A DNA stretch of 64,000 bases from Bacteroidales bacterium (GCA_035719105.1 DASTGN010000003.1:70979-134978), one strand, 5' to 3'. Shown: positions 11,424 to 22,673, counted from the stretch's first letter. The notes: generated by a model not told the origin, from the letters alone. Numbers and translations are program-made.

Positions 11424-13115
11424 TTATGCTTTTTTCTTTTCGCTTTGTTTGTCTTTGTTCAGTGTGAAGCGTTTGATTTTTAAAGTGGCTGTTTTCTCAA
11501 AAGGTTCGTCTGTCCGTTGCAATTCAGCCAGTTGCGCATGTTTTCCGACCGATTGGTTCACCTTCACCTTAAGTTCCTTCAGGTAAATATCGAGGCGCTT
11601 TTTCAATTCTTCCTCATAATTGATGGCTGACTTCAATAATTCATGATACTTTTTTGAAAATTCTTCGGCATTCAGATAAACTTGTGCCACCAACTTTCCT
11701 TTATGCTGATAGACGACAGATTCCACGACGCCATCCATTCCATTGATAATGGCTTCGATTTCCTCCGGATAAATATTTTCACCGCTGGAACCTAAAATCA
11801 TATTTTTACTTCGACCTTTTAAGGTAAGATTGCCTTTTTCGTCGAGCACACCCAAGTCGCCAGTATGGAACCAACCATCATCATCCAGCACTTCTGCCGT
11901 AATTTCTGGTTCCTTATAATAACCTTTCATTACATTCTTACCGCGAACCACAACTTCTCCCTCACCAGTTAACGGGTTGATGTTGATTAATTTGGCTTCA
12001 ACACCTTGCATGACTGGGCCAACCGACCGAAATACCGTTTTGTCTACCGATGCTCCAAATATCATGGGTGCAGTTTCAGTCAGTCCGTAGCCACAAGAAT
12101 AAGGAAATTTGGCATCTCGCAAGAATTTTTCAACTTCTGGAGCAACAGCAGCTCCACCAATACCAAAAAACTCCATATTGCCTCCAAAGACCTTTAACAT
12201 CTTTTTTCCAGCAGCTTTGTGCAATAAGATCTGAATAGGACGAATCCTGTATAAGAAACGCATCAGCGAGGATTTCGTCAATTTAGGTTTTACGCCGACT
12301 CTGAAAAACTTTTCAATGATGAGTGGAACCGTGAGCATCATGGTTGGGCGAATCTCTTTTAGTAAGGGCATCAACACATTGGCAGTAGGTGCTTTGTCGA
12401 TATAATGCGTGGTCGCTCCCTGCATGACGCCGAGTATCAGACCAAGCGTGCATTCATACGTATGCGCCAAAGGCAAAACCGATAGGTAAACGTCTCTATC
12501 GCTGACCGGGTGTATGGTCGTGCATTGATAGGCATCCCAAACCAAGTTTTCGTGAGTAAGCATGACTCCTTTGGATCGACCGGTGGTGCCAGAAGTGTAG
12601 ATGATGCAAGCTAAATCATCAGGCTGAACCTGAATGGGCGTAAATTGTTTAAAAGCATCATTGTTTTCCATACAGAAGGTTTCAATGCGATTGCCTTCTG
12701 GCAGAGAGGAAAAATCATTGATTTGAATGATAAACCCTTCGAAATCCAAGTCGACTCCGATTTTATTATAAACCTTCTTGCTAATTATCAATCCTTTGGC
12801 TTCAGAGTGCTTTAAAATGTTTTTGATTTCTACAATAGAAAAATCGACAAGCACAGGTACAACAACAGCCCCTAGGGATGTAATTCCAAAATAGGAAACG
12901 CCCCAATGGGGCATGTTTTCACTGATCAACGCTACTTTGTCTAAAGGTTTTACACCATTTTCAGCCAAATAAAAACGCAATTCACCGGCCAATTTTCCCA
13001 ACGCATTGTAAGTAACAACGCATTCATCTCCCATGGTGGATAAGACTTTATCACCAAACAAGGATACGCTTTGTTCCAATACCGATTGCAATGTGTTAGT
13101 TGTAGGTTTGTTCAT
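11424..13115 (-). CDS. AMP-dependent long-chain fatty acid--CoA ligase
   Basis: 563 aa with the AMP-binding motif YTSGTTGRSKGVMLTH and GWFHTGDLG. Confidence 0.85.
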   Translation of the reverse strand: MNKPTTNTLQSVLEQSVSLFGDKVLSTMGDECVVTYNALGKLAGELRFYLAENGVKPLDKVALISENMPHWGVSYFGITSLGAVVVPVLVDFSIVEIKNILKHSEAKGLIISKKVYNKIGVDLDFEGFIIQINDFSSLPEGNRIETFCMENNDAFKQFTPIQVQPDDLACIIYTSGTTGRSKGVMLTHENLVWDAYQCTTIHPVSDRDVYLSVLPLAHTYECTLGLILGVMQGATTHYIDKAPTANVLMPLLKEIRPTMMLTVPLIIEKFFRVGVKPKLTKSSLMRFLYRIRPIQILLHKAAGKKMLKVFGGNMEFFGIGGAAVAPEVEKFLRDAKFPYSCGYGLTETAPMIFGASVDKTVFRSVGPVMQGVEAKLININPLTGEGEVVVRGKNVMKGYYKEPEITAEVLDDDGWFHTGDLGVLDEKGNLTLKGRSKNMILGSSGENIYPEEIEAIINGMDGVVESVVYQHKGKLVAQVYLNAEEFSKKYHELLKSAINYEEELKKRLDIYLKELKVKVNQSVGKHAQLAELQRTDEPFEKTATLKIKRFTLNKDKQSEKKKA

Positions 13116-13174
13116 GATCAGGATGTTTATGAAGGCAAATGTAGGCGGATTTTTTTAGATTTGGGAGTGATTCC

Positions 13175-13204
13175 TTGTAATTCAAGTTTTTTTTTGTAGT
13201 TTTG
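13175..13204 (+). promoter_or_regulatory. Putative Bacteroidota sigma-A type promoter for the his leader/operon
   Basis: TTG (13175-13177), a 19-nt spacer, then TAGTTTTG (13197-13204). This matches the TTG-N19-TAnnTTTG consensus and lies 27 nt upstream of the leader ATG. Confidence 0.4.
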
Positions 13205-13230
13205 TCATGTATTATTAAAAAGGAAACCAA

Positions 13231-13266
13231 ATGCATTTTATCCACCACCATCATCTTTTAAATTGA
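13231..13266 (+). CDS. His operon leader peptide MHFIHHHHLLN
   Basis: ATG CAT TTT ATC CAC CAC CAT CAT CTT TTA AAT TGA. Five of the 11 codons are His and four are consecutive. It lies 91 nt upstream of hisG and directly upstream of a terminator hairpin. Confidence 0.7.
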   Translation: MHFIHHHHLLN

Positions 13267-13307
13267 ACACGGTTGGCCCGGATTTTGCGTAGACATACAT
13301 CACTGAG

Positions 13308-13339
13308 AAGGCTTACCGGTAACGGTTGAGCCTTTTTTT
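13308..13339 (+). terminator. Intrinsic terminator acting as the his attenuator
   Basis: The stem pairs 13308-13318 with 13323-13334: 11 bp with one G-U, one bulged T and a GTAA (GNRA) tetraloop. A run of 7 T follows (13333-13339). The alternative pairing 13270-13278 with 13310-13318 (8 of 9) excludes the terminator. Confidence 0.7.
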
Positions 13340-13356
13340 ATTCAATTAATCGAAAT

Positions 13357-14208
13357 ATGCTTAGAATTGCAGTTCAGTCCAAAGGTCGTCTCAATGAGGA
13401 CACCATGTCATTGCTTCAGGAAGCTGGCATCAAACTAGAATCTGGTAAACGAACCCTGTTGGTCCCCTCCAAAAATTTCCCTGTAGAAATTCTTTTCTTA
13501 CGTGATGACGATATTCCTCAAACAGTAGCTACTGGAGTTGCTGATGTCGGAATTGTCGGTGAAAACGAGTTTTTTGAAAAGAAAGAAAACGCTGAGATCA
13601 TCAAACGTTTGGGATTCAGTAAGTGCCGACTGTCCTTGGCTATTCCCAAATCCATCGAATACCAGGGTTTGGAATGGCTGAATGGTAAAAAAGTAGCTAC
13701 CTCGTATCCCGTCATTTTGGGCGATTTCCTCCAAAAAAATGGAGTGAAGGCCGAAATCCACGTCATTACCGGCTCTGTTGAAATCGCTCCTGGAATTGGT
13801 CTGGCAGACTGTATTTTCGACATCGTCAGCTCAGGAAGCACGTTGGTGAGCAACGCTTTGAAAGAAGTGGAAGTGGTGATGCAATCGGAAGCACTTTTGA
13901 TTGGACATACCGAATTGACCGAAGAAAAACAGAACATTTTGGATGAATTGCTTTTCAGAATTCAGTCGGTTCAGAATGCTGAAAATAAAAAATATGTATT
14001 GATGAATGTGCCCAACGAACAAATCGAAGCCATCGTCAATGAAATTCCAGGAATGCGCAGTCCGACCGTAATGCCCTTGGCTAAACCGGGTTGGAGTTCC
14101 TTGCATACGGTGCTCGAAGAAAAACGTTTTTGGGAAATTATCGGTAAATTGAAGGCATTGGGTGCCGAAGGTATTCTCGAACTCCCCATCGAAAAAATGA
14201 TTCCATAA
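13357..14208 (+). CDS. hisG: ATP phosphoribosyltransferase (long form)
   Basis: 283 aa starting MLRIAVQSKGRLNE..., with the C-terminal regulatory domain present. Confidence 0.92.
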   Translation: MLRIAVQSKGRLNEDTMSLLQEAGIKLESGKRTLLVPSKNFPVEILFLRDDDIPQTVATGVADVGIVGENEFFEKKENAEIIKRLGFSKCRLSLAIPKSIEYQGLEWLNGKKVATSYPVILGDFLQKNGVKAEIHVITGSVEIAPGIGLADCIFDIVSSGSTLVSNALKEVEVVMQSEALLIGHTELTEEKQNILDELLFRIQSVQNAENKKYVLMNVPNEQIEAIVNEIPGMRSPTVMPLAKPGWSSLHTVLEEKRFWEIIGKLKALGAEGILELPIEKMIP

Positions 14209-15489
14209 ATGAAACGCATTCAATTTCCATCCTCCAATGAGTGGCCGCAGTTGTTGCAAAGACCTGCGTTTGACCCCTCAGGCTTGAATGAAGTGGTCAG
14301 TGAGGTGTTGCGAAATGTTCGCTCACATGGTGATGAAGCGGTACGTGATTTCGGATTGAAATTTGATAAAGTTGCTTTGGACAAACTAGAGGTTTCAGCA
14401 TTTGAAATAGCTGATTCAGAAAACAATATATCATTAGAGTTAAAGCAAGCCATTAACCTTTCCTGTGCGAATATTACAGCTTTCCATCGTGCTCAGGATA
14501 CGCTTTTACCCATTGTAGAAACCATGCCCGGAGTAACTTGTTGGCAAAAAGCCATGCCCATCGAAAAGGTAGGACTTTATATTCCAGGCGGAACGGCTCC
14601 CTTGTTTTCGACTGTGTTGATGCTTGCCTTACCGGCTAAAATTGCCGGTTGTCGAGAAATTGTCATGTGCACTCCACCGAATTCTCAAGGACTTGTTCAT
14701 CCCGCTGTTTTGTATGCCGCAAAGTTGGCTGGTGTCAGCAGGGTTTTCAAAATTGGAGGAGTGCAAGCCATCGCTGCCATGGCCTACGGTACCGAATCGG
14801 TTCCAAAAGTCTACAAAATATTTGGACCAGGGAACCAATATGTAACAGCTGCCAAGCAATTGGTCAGCTTGCGCGATGTCGCCATTGATATGCCTGCCGG
14901 ACCTTCCGAAGTGGAAGTGTTGGCCGACGAAACCGCTGTTCCAGCGTTTGTTGCCTCCGATTTGTTGTCCCAGGCTGAACACGGCAAGGACAGTCAAGCC
15001 ATTTTAATAACGACCTCCAACGAACTGGCCGATGCCGTTGAGAAAGAGGTCTATATACAACTTGAACAGCTACCTCGTAAAGAACTTGCAGCTGTATCAA
15101 TCCAAAACAGCAAGATCATTGTGGTAAAAAACATGATGGAAGCGGTTGAAGCAACGAATGAATATGCTCCTGAACACCTGATTATTGCTACAAAAGATCC
15201 ACATCGGATTTCGGATGGAATTTATAATGCGGGTTCCATTTTTTTGGGCAACCTTACTCCGGAAAGTGCTGGCGATTATGCCTCGGGTACGAATCATACG
15301 CTACCCACAAACGGATTTGCCAAAATGTACAGTGGCGTCAACCTGGAAAGTTTTCGTAAAAAAATTTCCTATCAGGAAATCACTCCAGAGGGTTTGAAAA
15401 ACATTGGCCCAGCCATCGAAGTCATGGCTGAAACCGAATCCCTGACCGCTCATAAAAATGCCGTGACCCTTCGAATGAAAGATTTATAA
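14209..15489 (+). CDS. hisD: Histidinol dehydrogenase
   Basis: 426 aa with the SQAEHG motif. It abuts the hisG stop codon. Confidence 0.92.
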   Translation: MKRIQFPSSNEWPQLLQRPAFDPSGLNEVVSEVLRNVRSHGDEAVRDFGLKFDKVALDKLEVSAFEIADSENNISLELKQAINLSCANITAFHRAQDTLLPIVETMPGVTCWQKAMPIEKVGLYIPGGTAPLFSTVLMLALPAKIAGCREIVMCTPPNSQGLVHPAVLYAAKLAGVSRVFKIGGVQAIAAMAYGTESVPKVYKIFGPGNQYVTAAKQLVSLRDVAIDMPAGPSEVEVLADETAVPAFVASDLLSQAEHGKDSQAILITTSNELADAVEKEVYIQLEQLPRKELAAVSIQNSKIIVVKNMMEAVEATNEYAPEHLIIATKDPHRISDGIYNAGSIFLGNLTPESAGDYASGTNHTLPTNGFAKMYSGVNLESFRKKISYQEITPEGLKNIGPAIEVMAETESLTAHKNAVTLRMKDL

Positions 15490-15494
15490 AAAGG

Positions 15495-16532
15495 ATGATG
15501 AAACTGAACGAACTCATACGCCCCAATATTTACAAACTGAAGCCTTATTCATGCGCTCGGGATGAATTTCAGGGAGAAGCCTCGGCTTACTTAGATGCCA
15601 ACGAGAACCCATTGAATGCTCCTTGGAATCGGTATCCCGATCCTTTGCAAAAATCCCTGAAAGAAAAAGTTGCGGCTTTAAAAGGCGTTCGAACCGAACA
15701 ATTGTTTTTCGGAAATGGAAGTGATGAACCCATTGACCTGATTGTTCGTATTTTTTGTGAGCCTGGGGTTGATAACATCGTAGCAATGGACCCAAGTTAC
15801 GGTATGTACGAAGTATGTGCCGACATCAATCAAATTGAATACCGTAAAGTCGCCCTGAACGAAGACTTTACATTAGATTCCACCAAACTGCTTGCTGCGA
15901 AGGACTCCAAAACAAAGGTTATATTCCTCTGTTCGCCAAACAATCCTACTGGAAACGATTTGAATATCAATCAGATAATTAAAATAATCGATCATTTTGA
16001 AGGAATTGTCGTAGTGGACGAAGCTTATATTGATTTTTCCTCCAGGGACAGTTTTTTGAAGACATTGGATAAGTACCCGAACCTCATTGTGTTGCAAACA
16101 TTCTCCAAAGCATGGGGCATGGCTTCCGTTCGATTGGGTATGGCTTTTGCCTCACCCGAAATCATTCATTACCTGAACAAAGTGAAGTATCCTTACAACA
16201 TCAATTTGCTTACACAAAATTTTGTTGCTGCCGAATTGGAGAATTTGGACCGTAAAAACGACTGGGTCGATCTGATTTTGCAACAACGATCCTTTTTGAT
16301 TTCAGCATTGGAAAAATTACCGGTGGTTCAACACATCTTTCCGACAGATGCCAACTTCGTTTTAGTAAGGGTGGTGGATGCCAATGCCGTTTATCGCTTT
16401 TTGGTAGACGAAAAAATTATCGTCCGAAACCGCAATTCTGTTACCTTATGCCAAGGTTGTTTGCGCATAACGGTGGGTATCCCCGAAGAAAATGAATTGC
16501 TTATCAACGCTTTGAAAAAAATAAATGCATGA
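15495..16532 (+). CDS. hisC: Histidinol-phosphate aminotransferase
   Basis: 345 aa class II aminotransferase with the PLP lysine context TFSKAWGMA. Confidence 0.9.
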   Translation: MMKLNELIRPNIYKLKPYSCARDEFQGEASAYLDANENPLNAPWNRYPDPLQKSLKEKVAALKGVRTEQLFFGNGSDEPIDLIVRIFCEPGVDNIVAMDPSYGMYEVCADINQIEYRKVALNEDFTLDSTKLLAAKDSKTKVIFLCSPNNPTGNDLNINQIIKIIDHFEGIVVVDEAYIDFSSRDSFLKTLDKYPNLIVLQTFSKAWGMASVRLGMAFASPEIIHYLNKVKYPYNINLLTQNFVAAELENLDRKNDWVDLILQQRSFLISALEKLPVVQHIFPTDANFVLVRVVDANAVYRFLVDEKIIVRNRNSVTLCQGCLRITVGIPEENELLINALKKINA

Positions 16533-17668
16533 AAACGCGCAAACGCATCTTGTTTATTGACCGTGACGGTTCACTCGTTTTGGAACCGCCTGTAGATTAT
16601 CAATTGGACAGTTTGGAAAAACTCGAATTTTACCCCGGTGTTTTTCGAAACCTATCTTTTATTCGTCAGAAATTGGATTTCATGTTTGTCATGGTGACCA
16701 ATCAGGATGGGATGGGTACTGCTTCTTTTCCTGAAGAAAATTTTTGGCCTGCACAAAACAAAGTGTTGAAAGCATTTGAAAACGAGGGTGTTACATTTGA
16801 TGCCATTCACATTGACCGTTCCATGCCTGCCGATCAGGCGCCCACTCGCAAACCGCGAACAGGCATGTTGACAGAATATTTCACCGATGAATACGATTTG
16901 GAAAATTCTTTTGTCATTGGTGACCGCATAACCGATGTCGAATTGGCTAAAAATCTGGGTTGCAAAGCCATTCTTTTGCAACAAGATAATGATGAAACTG
17001 CCATCAACCTCAGCAAGAAAAATTTAAACGACGTTTGTGCCCTGATTTCTCCCAATTGGAACGATGTTTCCGCCTTTTTGTTTGCAGGTGAACGTCGGGC
17101 TGTGATTGAGCGCAAAACCCACGAAACCGATATTATGGTGGAATTGAACCTCGATGGAAACGGTAAAACGAATATATCAACAGGTTTGGGATTTTTTGAC
17201 CATATGCTGGATCAAATCGGCAAACACTCAGGCATCGATTTGACCATAAAAACAGTTGGAGATTTGAATGTCGATGAACACCACACCATCGAAGATACCG
17301 CCATTGCCTTGGGGGAAGCTTTATTAAAGGCTTTGGGTGATAAGCGAGGAGTCGAACGCTATGGTTTCTGTTTACCCATGGATGATTGTTTGTGCTCAGT
17401 CGCGCTTGATTTTGGAGGTCGTCCCTGGATCGTCTGGGATTGCCAATTCAAGCGGGAAAGGGTAGGAGATGTTCCCACTGAACTCTTTTTCCATTTCTTC
17501 AAATCTATCAGTGATTCTGCTCGTATGAACTTGAATATCAAGGCGGAAGGCGAAAATGAACATCATAAGATTGAAGGCATTTTCAAAGCCTTCGCCCGTT
17601 CTATTAAAATGGCAATCAAGCGGGATATCTATCATTTTGAATTGCCAAGCACCAAGGGTTTACTGTGA
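16529..17668 (+). CDS. hisB: Bifunctional histidinol-phosphatase / imidazoleglycerol-phosphate dehydratase
   Basis: 379 aa with an N-terminal HAD motif (FIDRDGSL) and C-terminal IGPD motifs ([11 protein letters not shown]). It overlaps hisC by 4 nt. Confidence 0.92.
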   Translation: MKTRKRILFIDRDGSLVLEPPVDYQLDSLEKLEFYPGVFRNLSFIRQKLDFMFVMVTNQDGMGTASFPEENFWPAQNKVLKAFENEGVTFDAIHIDRSMPADQAPTRKPRTGMLTEYFTDEYDLENSFVIGDRITDVELAKNLGCKAILLQQDNDETAINLSKKNLNDVCALISPNWNDVSAFLFAGERRAVIERKTHETDIMVELNLDGNGKTNISTGLGFFDHMLDQIGKHSGIDLTIKTVGDLNVDEHHTIEDTAIALGEALLKALGDKRGVERYGFCLPMDDCLCSVALDFGGRPWIVWDCQFKRERVGDVPTELFFHFFKSISDSARMNLNIKAEGENEHHKIEGIFKAFARSIKMAIKRDIYHFELPSTKGLL

Positions 17669-17801
17669 TCATCCACACGATAAACCGGTAAACCTGTCGA
17701 TATTTCTCATGAATTAAAAAACCCTTCAAAAAAGACATCAAACGGACAAAACCAATCTATATTTGTAGCAGATCGCAGTCGTATTTTTAAACTGTCTGCC
17801 A

Positions 17802-19103
17802 ATGGAAAAAAATACTTTCATATCGGTGTTCAGGCTGCAGAAAGAAGTTTTGTTTTTGGTATGGGTCGTTTTGCTCGTTGGATTTCCCGTAATTCGTGCA
17901 GAGGGTGCTGAATCGAATGCGGATTCCGCCATTTACATCACTTGTAAAGGTTTGGTTGTCGATGCTGAAAGGGGCTCGCCGCTTTCTTACGCAACCATTA
18001 TGGTCGAAGGGACCAACATCGCTACGGTCACCAATTCCGAAGGTGAGTTCTCTATCAAAGTTCCACAAAAATTTATGAACAACACCATTCTGATAACGTA
18101 CATCGGTTTTCAGAATAGTCGAGTCAAAGTTTCCACATTGGTAGGAGATATTCGTCGAATTCCACTGAGAATCGCAGAAGTAAACCTTAGCGAAGTGCGC
18201 ATCGAATATAAGGATGCAGAAGAACTCATGAGAAATGTTTTTGACTTAAGAACCAGGAACTATGTCACGGAACCGACATTGATGACGGCCTTTTACAGAG
18301 AAACCATCAAATTGCGAAAGTCGTATGTTTCCTTGCTCGAAGCGGTTGTCGATGTCTACAAATATCCCATTTATTCTGACAGAGAGGATATGGCATCCCT
18401 TTTCAAAGTGCGTAAGAAAACTGATTATACCAAATTGGACACGTTCGTGCTTAAATTGGCAGGAGGCCCTTACAATACACTGTGTCTGGACGTTATGAAA
18501 AATTTGGAATATACCTTTACCAACGAAATATTTAAAAATATTGATTTTAAGTCGTTTCCGGCAACTATGATCGATCAACATCCTGTCTATGTGGTCGAGT
18601 TCAAACAGAAACCCCAGGTTACAGAACCTTTGTTTTACGGTAAATTGTATATTGATGCTGTGAACCTGGCTATGTTCAGTGCTAGTTTCGATATGAACTT
18701 GGAAGATGTCAGAAAAGCATCAGCAGTATTTATCCTCAGTAAACCCGGAGTGGCAAACGTTGAAGTGACCAAGGCACATTATCATGTCAGTTATGTGATG
18801 CGGGAGGGCAAATGGTATATGTCCTACGGACGTGCAGAAATGAACTTCAAGGTAAACCGGAAAAGAAGGTTGTTCAGTTCAACATTCGAAACGGTTTTTG
18901 AGATGGCTGTGACTGATTGGCAGCCTGTTACAGGCGAAAAGTGGTCTCGAAACCATACAAAATTAAAACCATTCGTTATTGTTACAGATGAAACATCAGG
19001 ATTTTCTGACGCTGCATTTTGGGGCACTGAAAACATAATCGAACCGGACAAATCGATTGAAACAGCCATCAGCAAGATAAAAAAGAATCTGAAAGATAGG
19101 TAG
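17802..19103 (+). CDS. Carboxypeptidase-regulatory-like (CarbopepD_reg) domain protein, secreted, function unknown
   Basis: 433 aa with a signal peptide, followed by the GLVVDAERGSPLSYATIMVEGTNIATVTNSEGEFSI beta-sandwich signature. Confidence 0.6.
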   Translation: MEKNTFISVFRLQKEVLFLVWVVLLVGFPVIRAEGAESNADSAIYITCKGLVVDAERGSPLSYATIMVEGTNIATVTNSEGEFSIKVPQKFMNNTILITYIGFQNSRVKVSTLVGDIRRIPLRIAEVNLSEVRIEYKDAEELMRNVFDLRTRNYVTEPTLMTAFYRETIKLRKSYVSLLEAVVDVYKYPIYSDREDMASLFKVRKKTDYTKLDTFVLKLAGGPYNTLCLDVMKNLEYTFTNEIFKNIDFKSFPATMIDQHPVYVVEFKQKPQVTEPLFYGKLYIDAVNLAMFSASFDMNLEDVRKASAVFILSKPGVANVEVTKAHYHVSYVMREGKWYMSYGRAEMNFKVNRKRRLFSSTFETVFEMAVTDWQPVTGEKWSRNHTKLKPFVIVTDETSGFSDAAFWGTENIIEPDKSIETAISKIKKNLKDR

Positions 19104-19145
19104 TTACAAACTCATCAGTTTACTAAAAATTTAAAAACCACTATT

Positions 19146-19580
19146 ATGAGAAACGCCCTTTTATTCGGCATCGTTCTTGTATTTCTTTTTATGGGATGCC
19201 ATCAAGAAAAACGACTTGCTATTGAAGGTTCATGGAAAATGGTTTACGGAGACTGGATGGCCTCAGACAGTAGTTCCTATCCGGGAAAAATTGCAGGTAG
19301 CCAGATCAAAACCTGGACCAAAGAATATTTTACGTTTGTAGGAGAGTTCAAGCATGGTGACAGAGCCATTGATGCGACTTATGGTGGCGGAACCTACTCG
19401 TTGATCGGCAAACGGTATACGGAAAACCCCGTTTATCATAATTCAAAAACGTACCTTGGCCATGAAGTTCGAATCCTGCTTGAAATCAAAGGAGATACAT
19501 TGATTCAACGCTGGCCTGCAACAGCCGATTGGAAATTACCCCAACGGTTTTGCATGGAAAAATACATCCGATTGAGGTAG
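19146..19580 (+). CDS. Small lipoprotein (lipocalin-like), function unknown
   Basis: 144 aa with a lipobox-like LFMGC signal. Confidence 0.5.
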   Translation: MRNALLFGIVLVFLFMGCHQEKRLAIEGSWKMVYGDWMASDSSSYPGKIAGSQIKTWTKEYFTFVGEFKHGDRAIDATYGGGTYSLIGKRYTENPVYHNSKTYLGHEVRILLEIKGDTLIQRWPATADWKLPQRFCMEKYIRLR

Positions 19581-20486
19581 CTAAAAGACAAACTTCTTTC
19601 CCGTCAATTGTTCTGACACTGTCCAAAGTTCCTTGGCCAATGACTCATTGTGCGAAGCAGAACTGGAGGATACCGGAATGGGATAGCCACTGAGGCCGCC
19701 TATGCCTTTGGGGCCAAAATATTCAGCACCTTTTAAGTTGGGCTCCGTTGCGGCGCGCAAAATGGGTAAAGCTCCGAGTTCCACCCGTTGAGTAAGCAAT
19801 TTGGCAATGAAATTAAAGCCGGATGTCCTAAAAAGATTGGTGTTGGTTACTCCGGGATGGGCTGCATTGGCCAATATGTTTAATCCATGGAACTTAATCT
19901 GCCTGTCCAATTCATAGGTAAATAAGAGGTTGGCAAGTTTGCTTTGAGAATATGCTTTGGTACGATTATAGGTTTTCTCCCAATTCAAATCCTGCATGTT
20001 CAGGTGATCAAGTACGGTATGGGCGATGCTGCTCTGTGTCGTTATTCGAGATTCCGGCGTTGCTTTCAATAGATCAAACAGCAAAGCAGTCAACGCAAAA
20101 TGCCCGAGATGGTTGGTTCCGAATTGAAGCTCAAAATTTTGTTTGGTCGTTTCCCTTGAAGCTGGGTACATGACTCCAGCATTATTGATGAGTCGGTCCA
20201 GTTGAGTGAATTTTGCATGAAATGCCTCCGAAAAGGCTTGTATGGAATCTAAATCGGATAGATCCAAAATCATCCAACCAACATTTGCTGAGGGATATTC
20301 ACCCTTTATTTTTTCTACTGCTGCTGCACCTTTTTCAACCGATCGGGCTGTTAAGATGACTTCAGCATTTTTCAAACTCAATACCCTGGCTGTTTCCAGC
20401 CCGATTCCACTTGTGCCGCCGGTGATTAATACCCTTTTTCCGGATAGGTCGGCAATGTTGTCTATGGTCCAGTTCTTTGTAGGCAT
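19581..20486 (-). CDS. Short-chain dehydrogenase/reductase (classical SDR)
   Basis: TGGTSGIGLETA cofactor motif and a YSQSK catalytic motif. I chose ATG at 20486, which lies 10 nt after the TolC stop. The track ORF extends to 20528. Confidence 0.8.
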   Translation of the reverse strand: MPTKNWTIDNIADLSGKRVLITGGTSGIGLETARVLSLKNAEVILTARSVEKGAAAVEKIKGEYPSANVGWMILDLSDLDSIQAFSEAFHAKFTQLDRLINNAGVMYPASRETTKQNFELQFGTNHLGHFALTALLFDLLKATPESRITTQSSIAHTVLDHLNMQDLNWEKTYNRTKAYSQSKLANLLFTYELDRQIKFHGLNILANAAHPGVTNTNLFRTSGFNFIAKLLTQRVELGALPILRAATEPNLKGAEYFGPKGIGGLSGYPIPVSSSSASHNESLAKELWTVSEQLTGKKFVF

Positions 20487-20496
20487 ACGAATCGTT

Positions 20497-21978
20497 TTAA
20501 TTAATTGTTGTATCTCGTTGAAAATCATAGAATGTCTTACGCATAATGTCTGCCAACATGAGTTGGTAATTGATATATGCTCTCAAATGGGAATTGTAGG
20601 CATTGTTCAGTCGTTCACGCTCAAGTGCAAGTGCCTGACTGTCAATGTTTCCATCAGCAAAGCGTTGGCGAGTGATATTGAAACTTTTTTCGGCTACCAA
20701 AACGTTTTTTTCGAGCAATTGAAGCCGTTTGAGACTGCTATTCAGCTCATCCACCAAATTTAAGACTTCACGTTCAATACTTCTTTTTATTTCCTCTTGC
20801 CGATAAACATTTTGTTGCAATTGTGCTTTAGCGGCATTGACCAAGGCCCGATTTTCTCCCCAGTCTAAAATTGGAACCGTTATGTTGAAACCAATCCCGA
20901 AATTTCGGGGGCGGACCTTATAATCTTGTATTGAATTTTCAACCGCAGTGGTCAAAGAGGTGCTCAAAACTTGATTGCTCACCCCAATTTTTTCAAAATA
21001 GGCTGTCAAATCTCCCTTGATCATTCCCTCCGCTTTTTGACGCTTGATGCTCATTTTATTGAGTTCGATTTGAATTTCGTTCTCGCGAATTTCCAAACGG
21101 TTGGCCATAGCCAACTTCACAGCTTTAATGGGATCAACAAAGACCACTTTATAGCTGAGCTCACTGCTGAGCATGACACTATCGGTTAACTGCAATCCAA
21201 TCAGTTCTTTGAAAGAATTCTTTGCTGAACTTTGATTGATGATGGCTAAATCGTAATTGTTCTGCGCTTCTGCCAGGTCGACTTCCATTTGCAAAGCATC
21301 CACTTCTTTAATTAAACCGGCTTCAAATTTATTTTTTGCAACAGTATAAGCTTCTTTTTGACGTTCCAGATTCATTCGAGCAATTTCTTCACTCTTTTGG
21401 ACGGAAATCAAATTAAAAAAGACGTTGGTAACATTATAAACCAGGTTGAGCTCTTCCCGTTTGAGTTGTTTGCTGGATCGTTCATAAGCCAGGGCTGCTT
21501 GTTTGTAAGAAGATTTTATGGAATTGTAACCATACAGTGCATCAATCGGTTGGGTCAATCCCAATCGCGTATTCATGTTCAACAAACGCTTGTTGCCATT
21601 GTAATCATCATAATCTGAAATGCCTGAACGAATGTAGATGTTACCGTCGGTCGGTAGTGACTGATTGATAATCAGATTTCCCGAATAATTCATCTGCTTG
21701 ACTGGATAAAAGGACAAACCAGTGGAATCTTCAAATTGTCGAATGGTCTCCGTATATTGAGGAGAAACCAAATTCATATCCACATGGGTCTTGAATTTGC
21801 TGGTGGCCGATTTTAGGTTGTACTCAGCAATTTTTAAATCTTGTTTCAAGCGAAGCATATCGTAGCTTTTTTGTTTAGCGATATCTATACTCTTCTCTAA
21901 ATCAAGCAAATATGTTTCTGCAGAAAGCTGGAACGAGAGACAGAACAATATTAAAAGGAGTGTTGCAATATTTTTCAT
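20497..21978 (-). CDS. TolC family outer-membrane efflux protein
   Basis: 493 aa with a signal peptide and the two-repeat coiled-coil/beta-barrel pattern of OEP family proteins. It overlaps the ABC ATPase gene by 4 nt. Confidence 0.85.
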   Translation of the reverse strand: MKNIATLLLILFCLSFQLSAETYLLDLEKSIDIAKQKSYDMLRLKQDLKIAEYNLKSATSKFKTHVDMNLVSPQYTETIRQFEDSTGLSFYPVKQMNYSGNLIINQSLPTDGNIYIRSGISDYDDYNGNKRLLNMNTRLGLTQPIDALYGYNSIKSSYKQAALAYERSSKQLKREELNLVYNVTNVFFNLISVQKSEEIARMNLERQKEAYTVAKNKFEAGLIKEVDALQMEVDLAEAQNNYDLAIINQSSAKNSFKELIGLQLTDSVMLSSELSYKVVFVDPIKAVKLAMANRLEIRENEIQIELNKMSIKRQKAEGMIKGDLTAYFEKIGVSNQVLSTSLTTAVENSIQDYKVRPRNFGIGFNITVPILDWGENRALVNAAKAQLQQNVYRQEEIKRSIEREVLNLVDELNSSLKRLQLLEKNVLVAEKSFNITRQRFADGNIDSQALALERERLNNAYNSHLRAYINYQLMLADIMRKTFYDFQRDTTIN

Positions 21979-22673
21979 AATGTATCAGTAGTCTTATGAT
22001 TGGCTTTGTCTGAATGAATGAGTCCATCCTTTATAAAAATGGTACGGTGTGCATGATCGGCAATTTCCTGTTCGTGTGTGATCAAAATGATGGTGTTACC
22101 TTCTTGATGAAGTTGATTGAACAATTCCATGATTTCGTCACCAGTTTTTGAATCCAGAGCTCCAGTCGGTTCATCGGCAAGTAAGATGCCTGGATTGGTC
22201 ACCAAAGCTCGTGCTATGGCAACGCGCTGCCTTTGACCACCACTCAATTCGCTGGGCTTGTGGTTGATGCGTTCAGCCAAACCAACTCTGTCTAGTGCCT
22301 TTAAAGCACGTTCCCGACGTTCTGTCTTGTGAACACCTGCATAAATGAGGGGTAGTTCTACATTGTGAATGGAACTCATTCGTGCAAGTAAATTGAAATT
22401 TTGAAAGACGAATCCAATTTCTTTGTTACGCATAACCGAAAGAGTATCATCGTCTAAACTACTAACGTCCACATCTCTAAACAGATATTGCCCCCCGGTT
22501 GGAGTATCCAAACAACCAATGATGTTCATCAAGGTCGATTTGCCGGAACCAGAAGGGCCCATGATGGCGACGTATTCATTGTGTTCAATCTTTAGATCGA
22601 TGGTTTTCAAAGCATCGACCTCCACGTCGTCCATTACGTATTTTTTGGAAAGGTTTTTTATTTCGATCAGCAT
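21975..22673 (-). CDS. ABC transporter ATP-binding protein (MacB/LolD/DevA type)
   Basis: Walker [10 protein letters not shown], signature LSGGQRQR, Walker [13 protein letters not shown]. Confidence 0.9.
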   Translation of the reverse strand: MLIEIKNLSKKYVMDDVEVDALKTIDLKIEHNEYVAIMGPSGSGKSTLMNIIGCLDTPTGGQYLFRDVDVSSLDDDTLSVMRNKEIGFVFQNFNLLARMSSIHNVELPLIYAGVHKTERRERALKALDRVGLAERINHKPSELSGGQRQRVAIARALVTNPGILLADEPTGALDSKTGDEIMELFNQLHQEGNTIILITHEQEIADHAHRTIFIKDGLIHSDKANHKTTDTL

